From a bacterium (GTDB lineage Bacteria > UBP7 > UBA6624 > JBBIMK01), in contig JBBIMK010000007.1 in NCBI GenBank assembly GCA_037444445.1, forward strand, positions 1 through 32,000: DNA of 32,000 nt. Reading direction: 5' to 3'. Below, in pieces: positions 8,764 through 16,403 of the stretch. The notes under the pieces are model-generated. The model was not told where the DNA came from. It ran no database searches and was given only the letters and a program-made list of their open reading frames with translations. How positions within the stretch are numbered: position 1 is the first letter of the stretch; each line of letters begins with the position of its first letter. The position numbers were made by a program, and so were the translations under genes.

Positions 8764-8823
8764 GGGGTGGATGCACTATGCAAGGAGATTCAAAATCATT
8801 CCATATAGAGGTGATAAGAACAG

Positions 8824-9120
8824 ATGTTTGGTTTTGAAAGCGAACGCGGATGGCAACGACGCATCGCCCAGGAAGTGGTAGAATCTCTTGAAAGTGAAGA
8901 AGAGCCTTCGGAGGCTTTAATTGAAGAAGTCACTGCCCATTTCATTGAAGAGCACTACGACCTGGGAGAGATGGATGAGGACGTGCATGACCGCTTGCTT
9001 GAAAACATCCAGAAAATTGTGGAACAGGTTCAGGAAAAATTGATAGAAGAGGGTCATCTCTCCTCTCCACCCCGGGAGGAAGAAGTAGAAAATTGGTGGG
9101 AAGGTGGAGAAGAAGTTTAA
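8824..9120 (+). CDS. small hyper-acidic hypothetical protein (98 aa)
   Basis: ATG preceded by GAGGTGA. About 31 of 98 residues are Asp/Glu and only about 7 are Arg/Lys. The stop shares the tetranucleotide TTAA (9117-9120) with the convergent secretin gene. Confidence 0.6.
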   Translation: MFGFESERGWQRRIAQEVVESLESEEEPSEALIEEVTAHFIEEHYDLGEMDEDVHDRLLENIQKIVEQVQEKLIEEGHLSSPPREEEVENWWEGGEEV

Positions 9121-10511
9121 AGGATTTGAACTGATGGAGTGATAAGAATGACGATTTCTTTTTTCTGTTTAATGCGAGTTTTTTGCTGAAAGAGTAGCCC
9201 GATGCCGGGTATGTCTCCCAGAAGAGGAGTTTTTCTCGTGCTTTTGGTATCACGGGATTGGAGCAAACCTGCAATTACAATTGTGTCTCCACTCTTCACG
9301 CGAACGATGGTAGATGTGCCGCGGCTACTCAGTTTGGGGGCTGTGATTTTCACAGATTGAACCGTTCCGAAGTCCTCAAATCCGATGATGTCCGTTACCA
9401 GCGGAACTACATGGAGAATCACGGTGTCATCCTCCGCAACTCTCGGAGTCAAGCCCAAAAGGATACCTGCCTGCACCTGGCTCACAGTGATGGAAATGGT
9501 CGGGAAGCCGGAGATGCCCGTGATCGTCTGAGTGATATTAGAGATAAAAGGAGTCACATCCCCCATCGTCACCAGAGCCGTCTGTCCGTTTATTACAGAA
9601 AGGCGTGGAGAAGCCAGAACATTCACATCTCCCTGAGTTTGTAAAGCCCTCAGGACATTATTCAAGCCCTGTTGGGAATCGGTGGGAAAGTGAATGGTAT
9701 TTAATGTGAGGGTGGTGCCTTCTGCGGGAGCCAACTGCTGCTTAAAGGTTACCTGCGCATTCCCTGCTGAGGGTCCAAAAAGTCGCGAGAAATCAATCCC
9801 AAAACTGGTGGATTTATCCAGAGTGACCTCTGTCACTTTCACTTCCAGGGAGACCTGTTTCCTGAGGATGTTTTCTAATTCTTTCAGCCAGGCTTCAACC
9901 CGTTCAATAGGGGTGCGATAGTCCGTGACGATAACAGTTCCACTCATCCGGTCCACCGAGATTTTGCCATCTGAGGAAAGGAGTCCTTCCAGGGTTTTCT
10001 GGATTTGTTCCCAGAGGTCACTGTTCGGGATATTGGTTCTGAGGGTAAAAGCGCCACTGATCTGGCCACCGCCGGCTCCCGCACCAGCTGCACCCCCCCC
10101 GGCGGCGCCACCGGCACCTCCTCCTGCCAGGCCACCGGCAAGACCCCCCAGCACATTTCCCCCTACATTACTTTCTGCGGTTAGTTTCGTAGGCACGAAA
10201 TTCAAAGTGAACACCCGGGTTTCCAGCGCTCTCACTTTCAGGAATTTCCCGGCGATTTCGTAAGAATATCCAAGCGGAGCCAGCACGGCCGTCAGCACCT
10301 CATCTAATGTGGCTTCGCTCACATCCACATTGACCGAAATGGAGGGATCTACACCTTTTTCCGTCACGAGGATATAACCTGATTCCGTTGCAATAGAAGA
10401 AAGAATGGTTCCCAGTTGGGCCCCCCGAGCTCGCAGCGTATATCCCACCTCATCCGGATTGAGCGCCAGAACCAGAGCACCGAGCAGAATCATGACGAAG
10501 ATTTTTTTCAC
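9117..10511 (-). CDS. pilQ: secretin (type IV pilus / type II secretion family), short form with a Gly/Ala-rich linker
   Basis: 464-aa ORF with a signal peptide and an N0-like domain (VSVNVDVSEATLDEVLTAVLAPLGYSYE). Secretin C-domain with PLLGDIPGIGLLFQ. GTG start with GAGGTG 8 nt upstream. Confidence 0.85.
   Translation of the reverse strand: MKKIFVMILLGALVLALNPDEVGYTLRARGAQLGTILSSIATESGYILVTEKGVDPSISVNVDVSEATLDEVLTAVLAPLGYSYEIAGKFLKVRALETRVFTLNFVPTKLTAESNVGGNVLGGLAGGLAGGGAGGAAGGGAAGAGAGGGQISGAFTLRTNIPNSDLWEQIQKTLEGLLSSDGKISVDRMSGTVIVTDYRTPIERVEAWLKELENILRKQVSLEVKVTEVTLDKSTSFGIDFSRLFGPSAGNAQVTFKQQLAPAEGTTLTLNTIHFPTDSQQGLNNVLRALQTQGDVNVLASPRLSVINGQTALVTMGDVTPFISNITQTITGISGFPTISITVSQVQAGILLGLTPRVAEDDTVILHVVPLVTDIIGFEDFGTVQSVKITAPKLSSRGTSTIVRVKSGDTIVIAGLLQSRDTKSTRKTPLLGDIPGIGLLFQQKTRIKQKKEIVILITPSVQIL
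10065..10166 (-). repeat. Gly/Ala low-complexity tract within the secretin (aa 116-149)
   Basis: Encodes VGGNVLGGLAGGLAGGGAGGAAGGGAAGAGAGGG. Locally GC-rich DNA. Confidence 0.8.
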
Positions 10512-10570
10512 CTTCTTTTCACCTCACAGCGGGATTTTCACCGCCCTGCGTTTCTGCTTCCCTGCCCCTG

Positions 10571-11380
10571 TCATTCTCTTCCCACACCTTCTTGAGGCAT
10601 TTCTTGCTCCGCTACCTCTGGAGGCTGAATCTCTTTCTCTACCGGGCGAGGAAAGGAAGGCGTGGCGGTGGGAGTCCGAGAAGGGGTGAGGGGTGAGCGC
10701 GTTTCCGGGCGCCCCTGCGCCTCAAACACCATCCCGGGCAACCGAATAGCACGAACCCCATAGGTGGTACTGGTAAGCACAATGGCTTCTTCCTCAATGC
10801 TTGCCACTTGCTCTTTTCCAAATTTATCACCCTCTTCCAGAATCCACTCGGCCCCGTCCAATTCTACCACCGCCTTCTTTGTGCCATCCGCAAACATCAC
10901 CATCTTGAGGCGAATATCGGGCAGAGGAGGAAGGGGAGGCGATGACGGCTGCTGGGAAGGGCTTGGACCCCCTGGCCCCCCTGGACCTCCGGGCGGTGGA
11001 GGAGGAATCCGGGGTTCCACAGGGAATCCTTCTTCTAAGGGGGTAGGAGGAACCACACTAAAAGGGTCCCGGTCCGTAACGACTAAATCGTAAATGGGCA
11101 GAGAAAGTTTCTGGATGGTGGGGGCTGGAGGACCTTCAGGAATAGCCGCAGGAGGGGGCCCGGCCTCACCGGCAGGGAGTGCAGGACCAGGTGGAGTCGC
11201 GGGCGTGGGTGGCGCGGGCGCCTGTGGAGGAACTTTTTCCCCGGCTACAGCGGGAGGCGGTTTTATCCTCGCCGTTGGCCTTCTCGGATTCAGATAAGCG
11301 TACCACCTCCACGCCACAACAAATAGCGCAATCACCACGAGCAAGGAAACCACACGGGGGTCATTCAGTAACCTTCTCAT
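10571..11380 (-). CDS. PilP-like pilot/alignment protein with long Pro-rich spacers
   Basis: N-terminal TM, RDPF motif, then a beta-rich core DIRLKMVMFADGTKKAVVELDGAEWILEEGDKFG...VASIEEEAIVL typical of PilP/GspC-HR. Pro-rich tracts include PPPPPGGPGGPGGP. ATG 11380 is preferred over GTG 11389 because GGGAGGTG lies 6 nt upstream of it. Confidence 0.65.
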   Translation of the reverse strand: MRRLLNDPRVVSLLVVIALFVVAWRWYAYLNPRRPTARIKPPPAVAGEKVPPQAPAPPTPATPPGPALPAGEAGPPPAAIPEGPPAPTIQKLSLPIYDLVVTDRDPFSVVPPTPLEEGFPVEPRIPPPPPGGPGGPGGPSPSQQPSSPPLPPLPDIRLKMVMFADGTKKAVVELDGAEWILEEGDKFGKEQVASIEEEAIVLTSTTYGVRAIRLPGMVFEAQGRPETRSPLTPSRTPTATPSFPRPVEKEIQPPEVAEQEMPQEGVGRE

Positions 11381-11903
11381 CCACTTCACCTCCCACCATA
11401 GGATAGAATACTTTCACGGTAATTTCATAAGTGGGGCGCATTTTCCCGCCCGCTACATCCACCACTTCCATTTCCACCAGGTGGTCATCTTTCTCCAGAA
11501 ATGACAGAATCTCTATTGCCTTCTGGATGGTCGTTTCTTGAAACAATTTGATTTCTCCTGCCGAGACTTTGAATTTCAATTCTAACGACTGAAAGGCTTC
11601 CTCCCCAAGAAGAACAGGCGCTTTCGCGCCATCCACATTGATTTTGTTTTTTCGGAGGGTGTCCACAAAACGGCTAAAATCCAGTTCTGCAGTTTCTGGC
11701 GAATATTGAACGGGGATGGGTAAACGGCGAACTTTATCCGCATCTTGCCGGAGTTTCTCCACATCAGAGTAAAGCATTTCCACCTGCTGTTTCAGTTCTT
11801 CTTTTCGGTGGGTTTTCGACCGCACATCCATATAGAGAAGAACCATTAAGGCAAGGCCTGCGACAATGACGATTCCCACGAGAACGGGCAAGAACTGTCT
11901 CAC
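11361..11903 (-). CDS. pilO: PilO/GspM-like bitopic alignment protein
   Basis: 180 aa: N-terminal TM, coiled-coil (EELKQQVEMLYSDVEKLRQDADK), then an alpha/beta C-domain. GTG start overlaps the upstream stop (GTGA), with GGAGGTG upstream. Confidence 0.55.
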   Translation of the reverse strand: MRQFLPVLVGIVIVAGLALMVLLYMDVRSKTHRKEELKQQVEMLYSDVEKLRQDADKVRRLPIPVQYSPETAELDFSRFVDTLRKNKINVDGAKAPVLLGEEAFQSLELKFKVSAGEIKLFQETTIQKAIEILSFLEKDDHLVEMEVVDVAGGKMRPTYEITVKVFYPMVGGEVDEKVTE

Positions 11904-13339
11904 TGGGCACCACCTCCAGCCCGGAAGGATTCTACCCGGAATGAAATCAGGAAGGGCAAGATCACTTCACCTTCCTTAAAAGAGGGATTTTGTTTGGTGA
12001 CGGTGAGATGGCTGAAGTAGGGGGAAAGAGCCATTCGGAAACCCATTGCGTTCACCAGTCTCACATTGCGTTCATAAGAAGCATCATGGCTACTTCCGTT
12101 GAGAGTTCCTGTCCAGCCCTCGGAGTCTCGTTTAATGGTGAGGGATTGCAAGCGAACACCCGGAGGAGCCACCGCCTGGAGTTCTGCAAAAAACTGGCTC
12201 CAAAAGGGTTGCATTTCTTTGGTATGTGTTCGGAGCTTGCCGAAGCCTTCAGCGATGTCCAGAATGGCCGTAAACCCAGTGAGCGAAGCCTTCTCAGTTT
12301 CCAGGCGACTTTTCTCACTTTCTTTCTCCTTGATGAACTCATCTAAGGAGGTGCGGAGAGAGGAGAAATAACTGAAGCCTCCAAAATAAATGGCTAAAGC
12401 GGCGAAAATCAATGTCCAGGAGAGGGTGAAAGTCAGGCGGCGGCTCCTTTCTTCTTCGAAAGAAGGAATGGCGAAAGAAAGAGAGTAACGAGGAGGGGTG
12501 AGATATAAGCCCACCAAAGAAGGATATTTCGTAAGAATTTCTCTGGGGAAAGGGAGGTCTCGCGTGAAACGCAAGTCTTCAATTTGCACCCCCAGAACGG
12601 CACGCATATGAGCAAGGATATCATCGCTGGGTCGGTCACCGGCTATCACCAGCCGTGTAACTTCCACGCCATGGAACCGCTGACGGAAATACAGGAAGGT
12701 CTGGAAGATTTCCTGGCTCAGACGGTTCCAGGCGCTGGTATCAGTCCACTCAGCGCCTGGTGCTGCTCCGAGGGCAATTTTGCGAAAGACAGCCACACCT
12801 TCTCCCCGATAAATCACCAGGAAAACCTCGTTTCCACGCACTTCCATAAAAGCAACAGGCTCATCCTTTACGAAATGCCCCAGTTTCTTCAACAGGAGGC
12901 CCACAGCCAGGGGATAAGTGAGGATAGCGGAGGGGTAAAGGGAAGTGACCTGACGAATTCTACCACCGAGCCACTCCAGGTCGCTGCGGGGAACTGCCAC
13001 GAGATGAACCAGGTTCTGCTCGCCTTCTTTTCCCACGATTTGGTACCGGAATACGGGGGGTTTTCCAGCCGTCATTTTTACTGCCTGCTTGCTGACGATG
13101 ACATCAAGGGTTTTCCCACGGGCGGGAGGCAGAAGGTTCAAACCGTGGGAGGCTTCCCGAAATGTGGAAACCACCAACACCTTGCGAATCTGGGAGGGGA
13201 TGACGGAAGGGTCAAAGGTCTCCGGCGTGTAAGTTTTGGCTTCCACCCGCCGTCCCACTAATAGTAGCCGTATGGATTCCGCTTCCAGTTCCAGAAGCAC
13301 CACCGCAGATTCCAAGCCCTTTTTCGCTATTTCCATCAT
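11900..13339 (-). CDS. fused PilM-like (actin-fold, cytoplasmic) / TM / PilN-like protein (GspL-like topology)
   Basis: 479 aa. The first roughly 300 aa are a soluble region of PilM-like length and pattern. Single TM at aa 303-326 (nt 12362-12433). PilN-like periplasmic tail (LQSLTIKRDS..WTGTLNGSS). GAGGAG SD before ATG. Confidence 0.6.
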   Translation of the reverse strand: MMEIAKKGLESAVVLLELEAESIRLLLVGRRVEAKTYTPETFDPSVIPSQIRKVLVVSTFREASHGLNLLPPARGKTLDVIVSKQAVKMTAGKPPVFRYQIVGKEGEQNLVHLVAVPRSDLEWLGGRIRQVTSLYPSAILTYPLAVGLLLKKLGHFVKDEPVAFMEVRGNEVFLVIYRGEGVAVFRKIALGAAPGAEWTDTSAWNRLSQEIFQTFLYFRQRFHGVEVTRLVIAGDRPSDDILAHMRAVLGVQIEDLRFTRDLPFPREILTKYPSLVGLYLTPPRYSLSFAIPSFEEERSRRLTFTLSWTLIFAALAIYFGGFSYFSSLRTSLDEFIKEKESEKSRLETEKASLTGFTAILDIAEGFGKLRTHTKEMQPFWSQFFAELQAVAPPGVRLQSLTIKRDSEGWTGTLNGSSHDASYERNVRLVNAMGFRMALSPYFSHLTVTKQNPSFKEGEVILPFLISFRVESFRAGGGAQ

Positions 13340-13375
13340 TTTTCTCCTCGGCTCACCCTCTTTTCCCTTACTTCA

Positions 13376-13399
13376 GTTTGAAAATTATATATCTCAAAC
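13376..13399. promoter_or_regulatory. inverted repeat GTTTGA-N12-TCAAAC spanning the -10 box of the pil promoter (candidate operator)
   Basis: GTTTGA at 13376-13381 and TCAAAC at 13394-13399. Related CAGTTT-AC-AAACTG palindrome at 13421-13434. CTTCAGTTTG (13371-13380) is the reverse complement of CAAACTGAA(A)G (13428-13438). Confidence 0.4.
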
Positions 13400-13412
13400 C
13401 CCTTGCTGTCAA
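13384..13412 (-). promoter_or_regulatory. consensus sigma70 promoter TTGACA-N17-TATAAT driving the pil operon
   Basis: On the minus strand, TTGACA is at 13412-13407, the spacer is exactly 17 nt, and TATAAT is at 13389-13384. About 45 nt upstream of the pilM/N start. Confidence 0.7.
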
Positions 13413-13431
13413 GCATGTGGCAGTTTACAAA
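13403..13431 (+). promoter_or_regulatory. candidate promoter TTGCTG-N17-TACAAA for the Crp/Fnr gene, back-to-back with the pil promoter
   Basis: TTGCTG at 13403-13408 overlaps the minus-strand -35. TACAAA at 13426-13431. Confidence 0.35.
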
Positions 13432-13460
13432 CTGAAAGCAGAGAAAGATAGAGATTTTCT

Positions 13461-14216
13461 ATGACAGAAAACGGGAAAAGAGTTATAATTGGAATTGCTA
13501 TGGGACAGGGGAGAAAAAGTTGTAGTTGTGAAACCTGTGAGGCTCGGGTGCTGAATGTGTTTCACACCCTTCCACCAGAACCCCTGGCGATGTTCAACCA
13601 GTTTAAGGTGACGAACTTCTATAAAAGGGGGCAGATTATCTTTCATGAAGGAAACCACCCACAGGGGCTTTATTGCATTTTTTCGGGAAAGGTGAAACTG
13701 TATAAAACAGCGGATAATGGGCGTCAGCAAATCGTCCGGATGGCACAGGCAGGAAATATTCTGGGGTATCGCTCTCTCTTCGCCGATGAACCCTATCAAG
13801 CTACAGCGGAGGCCATGGAAGATTCCAGCATCTGCTTTATAGAAAAAAGAGCCTTCTTTCCTCTCATTTCAAAATATCCTACCCTGGCTATGGAAATCAT
13901 TAAAAAACTGGCAAAGGAACTGGGGCGAGCCGAGGACCGAATCCGAGATCTGGCGTTGAAAACCGCCGACCAGCGACTGGCTGAGCTCCTGCTAATGTTG
14001 AAAGAAACTTACGGGGTTCAGGAACCTGCAGGATGGCGCCTGAATATTTCTCTTTCCCGTCAGGATATAGCCGAGATGATTGGAACAGCGCCAGAAACCG
14101 TTATTCGCCTTCTTGGAGATTTTCGTTCTAAAGGACTCCTGGAATTCAAGGGAAAAGAAATTTACTTATTGGATTCAGACGGGCTACTGGATATGGCTGG
14201 CATCGAGAGATATTAG
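13461..14216 (+). CDS. Crp/Fnr family transcriptional regulator with an N-terminal Cys cluster
   Basis: cNMP-binding-like beta-roll (FYKRGQIIFHEGN..GLYCIFSGKVKLY). C-terminal HTH (LSRQDIAEMIGTAPETVIRLLGDF). CSCETC at aa 21-26 plus Cys124. The start is uncertain (ATG 13461 or Met14). Confidence 0.85.
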   Translation: MTENGKRVIIGIAMGQGRKSCSCETCEARVLNVFHTLPPEPLAMFNQFKVTNFYKRGQIIFHEGNHPQGLYCIFSGKVKLYKTADNGRQQIVRMAQAGNILGYRSLFADEPYQATAEAMEDSSICFIEKRAFFPLISKYPTLAMEIIKKLAKELGRAEDRIRDLALKTADQRLAELLLMLKETYGVQEPAGWRLNISLSRQDIAEMIGTAPETVIRLLGDFRSKGLLEFKGKEIYLLDSDGLLDMAGIERY

Positions 14217-14273
14217 TTTTCTTTTGCCCACAGGCTCCCCTAAAAAAAGTTCAACACCCGGATGGGAGAGAAA

Positions 14274-15695
14274 CTACGCAGAAGATAGAATGTCCTGGAT
14301 GGCGTTTCTGACGGCTTCAGGGGTTCCCGTCACTTCGTATTGAACGGATTTTCCTTTACCGAAACTACGGAGGAGACCCTTCTGAATCAGGATATAAGCC
14401 ACGAGGTGAATGCGGAAACGGTAGGAGCGTTTCCACCCCAGAGCCTTGACGATGTCAGCGGTGCTAAAAGGTCGGGCTTGCTCTCCGGTGAACTTTAACA
14501 TCTCCTCCGTAACCTGGCGGAATTCATCAACGGAGCAACGCTGTTCGTATATTTTCCCCTGCAAGTCCGAGAGGGTTCGGACGATAAACGAACCCCGTCG
14601 AAACCAGCCGGTGCCTTTTAAAGGGAGAGAGCCTGGAGCCGGGCGCTTGGACTTTCGGACTTCCTTCCCGGGGACCGGTATCCCTGGAAGGCCCAGAAAT
14701 TGGTCTTTCAGCTTTTGCATCGTTTCCAGGACATCAAATAATTTTTTGCCCACTTCCGTCTGAACATTTTCAGCGGCTTTATGAATTTCCGCCCGAATAA
14801 CATCTTCCAGCGATTGAAACCACTCTGCAAATTTTTCTGGAGTCACGCTGGGTCCTGACTTTTCCAATCTTTTCATTCTTGAGCCTCCTTCTACCCAGAT
14901 TCTTTCTTCCTTCTTCTCTCTCCCCGGGGTTTGAAAAGTGGACCGCCACTTCCGAATTTCTTCCACGAGTTCCGGATGGGACAAAAGGAAGGGCATCCAC
15001 CGCCCCGCTCCATTGATATTCATCACATAATCCAGCACATACAACTTAGAATACCGGACGATGGAGTTTTCCTGCAGGTAGATTTCCCCTCTGGGACGGG
15101 TAATAAATTGAAGACGTGGAAAGGCAGAAAAAGACTCCGGGTGTTCCACCTGGGTATGAGGATATGTGACATGATTGGGATGAATGTTGAGGGATTCCAG
15201 CTCCTTTTGTGTGAGGGCACACGGAAGACTCATTCCCAGTTCACGCCGAGAAACACCGAGGAAGGATTCCACCGCTTCCACGGGAAAGAGAAGGCGCCCA
15301 TTGGTTTCCTGTGCTGAAATCCAGTTCGCAGAATGCCACTGATGAACCAGGGACTCTTCTGCCTTCAAAAAACTTGCCAGGGTTGAAATATCCCAAAACA
15401 TGGGAGGTTCTTCATACGGCGGTTCCTTCTGTTCAATGAGGGTGACCACCGGGATTCCCACGACTTCCAGCGCATCCAGACGATAATGAGAAAAGAGGAA
15501 CTGTATTAAATCCCGGGATATAACCTTGCGTAGGGGTTTTTGATGCCCTCTCCGGCGAATCTCTATCACTCGCAAACCTTTGGTGAAAAAATATTCCAGA
15601 TTCTCCATGGTAAATGGCGTTCCTTCTACAATTTCTTCAACCGTATAACTGAGGCCTTCCATTGGCTTCATTTCTAACACTGTCAATTTTACCAC
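14274..15695 (-). CDS. hypothetical protein with two N-terminal excisionase/MerR-like HTH modules and a C-terminal winged-helix-like region
   Basis: 473-aa ORF with no recognised catalytic motif. HTH-like segments YTVEEIVEGTPFTMENLEYFFTKGLRVIEI and ISTLASFLKAEESLVHQWHSANWISAQETNGRLLFPVEAVESFL. C-terminal FSTADIVKALGW..VAYILIQKGLLRSFGKGKSVQYEVT. GTG start with a weak SD. Confidence 0.6.
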   Translation of the reverse strand: MVKLTVLEMKPMEGLSYTVEEIVEGTPFTMENLEYFFTKGLRVIEIRRRGHQKPLRKVISRDLIQFLFSHYRLDALEVVGIPVVTLIEQKEPPYEEPPMFWDISTLASFLKAEESLVHQWHSANWISAQETNGRLLFPVEAVESFLGVSRRELGMSLPCALTQKELESLNIHPNHVTYPHTQVEHPESFSAFPRLQFITRPRGEIYLQENSIVRYSKLYVLDYVMNINGAGRWMPFLLSHPELVEEIRKWRSTFQTPGREKKEERIWVEGGSRMKRLEKSGPSVTPEKFAEWFQSLEDVIRAEIHKAAENVQTEVGKKLFDVLETMQKLKDQFLGLPGIPVPGKEVRKSKRPAPGSLPLKGTGWFRRGSFIVRTLSDLQGKIYEQRCSVDEFRQVTEEMLKFTGEQARPFSTADIVKALGWKRSYRFRIHLVAYILIQKGLLRSFGKGKSVQYEVTGTPEAVRNAIQDILSSA

Positions 15696-15712
15696 CTCAT
15701 CTTACCCAATTT

Positions 15713-15726
15713 ATATAGTATATAGT
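15713..15726. repeat. tandem 7-mer ATATAGT x2 in the divergent intergenic region
   Basis: ATATAGT at 15713-15719 and 15720-15726. TTTATAG recurs at 15731-15737 and 15766-15772. Confidence 0.8.
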
Positions 15727-15752
15727 ATAATTTATAGATGATGCAACTTCAA
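15724..15752 (-). promoter_or_regulatory. candidate promoter TTGAAG-N17-TATACT for the 473-aa ORF
   Basis: On the minus strand, TTGAAG is at 15752-15747, the spacer is 17 nt, and TATACT is at 15729-15724. It lies in an AT-rich divergent region that also carries TATAAT on the plus strand at 15726-15731. Confidence 0.4.
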
Positions 15753-15782
15753 AAGAAAAAGTGAGTTTATAGTAGGTGGGAT

Positions 15783-16403
15783 GTGGGGATTTACGAACAT
15801 TATAGTGATGAAGAAATTATGGCACTGGTGAAAGGAGGAGAAACGGATGCTTTTGAAGAGATTTATGACCGGTATGAGAAACGGGTTTATAATTTTGTGC
15901 TTCGCATGGTGCCCACAACTCAGGAAGCAGAAGATGTAACTATGGAGGTATTTCTAAGAGCCTTTGAAGCTGCCCCCCGGTATACCCCTCAGGCGAAGTT
16001 AAAAACCTGGCTTTACCGGATTGCTTTTAACCTTTGCGCCACAGCGGCAAAGCGCCGAAAACCTCTCATTTCTCTGGATAACCCCCTCCGGTCGCAGGAA
16101 GACAGCGAGGAAGAGCTGGAATGGCAAGTTCCGGATGAACATTCAGACCCAGCCGAGGAAGCGGAAAAAGCGGAACTGCGAGAAGCCATCCAGAAAGCTC
16201 TCCAGTCTCTGCCTGTGGACCAGAGAACGGCTATGACCTTGCTGGTGTATGATGATTTTTCTTATGAGGAAATTGCAGAAGCCATGAAATGTACTGTGAT
16301 GGCGGTGAAAGCGAAGATTCACCGCGCTCGTCTTCATCTTCGCTCCCTGCTGAAACCGTTCTTGCCAGAATCGTCGGAAGGCGCACAGGAGGATTTTTTA
16401 TGA
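15783..16403 (+). CDS. ECF (sigma-70 family, group 4) RNA polymerase sigma factor
   Basis: Region 2 (DAFEEIYDRYEKRVYNFVLRMV..WLYRIAFN) and region 4 HTH (FSYEEIAEAMKCTVMAVKAKIHRARLHL). GTG start 4 nt after AGGTG. Confidence 0.9.
   Translation: MGIYEHYSDEEIMALVKGGETDAFEEIYDRYEKRVYNFVLRMVPTTQEAEDVTMEVFLRAFEAAPRYTPQAKLKTWLYRIAFNLCATAAKRRKPLISLDNPLRSQEDSEEELEWQVPDEHSDPAEEAEKAELREAIQKALQSLPVDQRTAMTLLVYDDFSYEEIAEAMKCTVMAVKAKIHRARLHLRSLLKPFLPESSEGAQEDFL

Noticed and set aside
8698-8823. Possible glmS ribozyme upstream of glmS
   Set aside because: Only about 125 nt separate glmS from the divergent ORF. An extended -10 (TG-g-TAAAAT) lies about 20 nt from the start codon, so the leader is far too short for the ribozyme of roughly 150 nt or more. 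I also could not see the conserved core.
10764-11297. Gly-rich plus-strand ORFs (109 aa and 67 aa) opposite the PilP-like gene
   Set aside because: They are the mirror image of the Pro-rich coding tracts (CCN read as GGN on the other strand). They are not independent genes.
15743-15772. ECF-type autoregulated promoter (GCAACTT-N16-TTTAT) upstream of the sigma gene
   Set aside because: The AAC-containing -35 is suggestive, but the -10 lacks the CGT/TCnAA-type element expected for ECF promoters. The evidence is insufficient.
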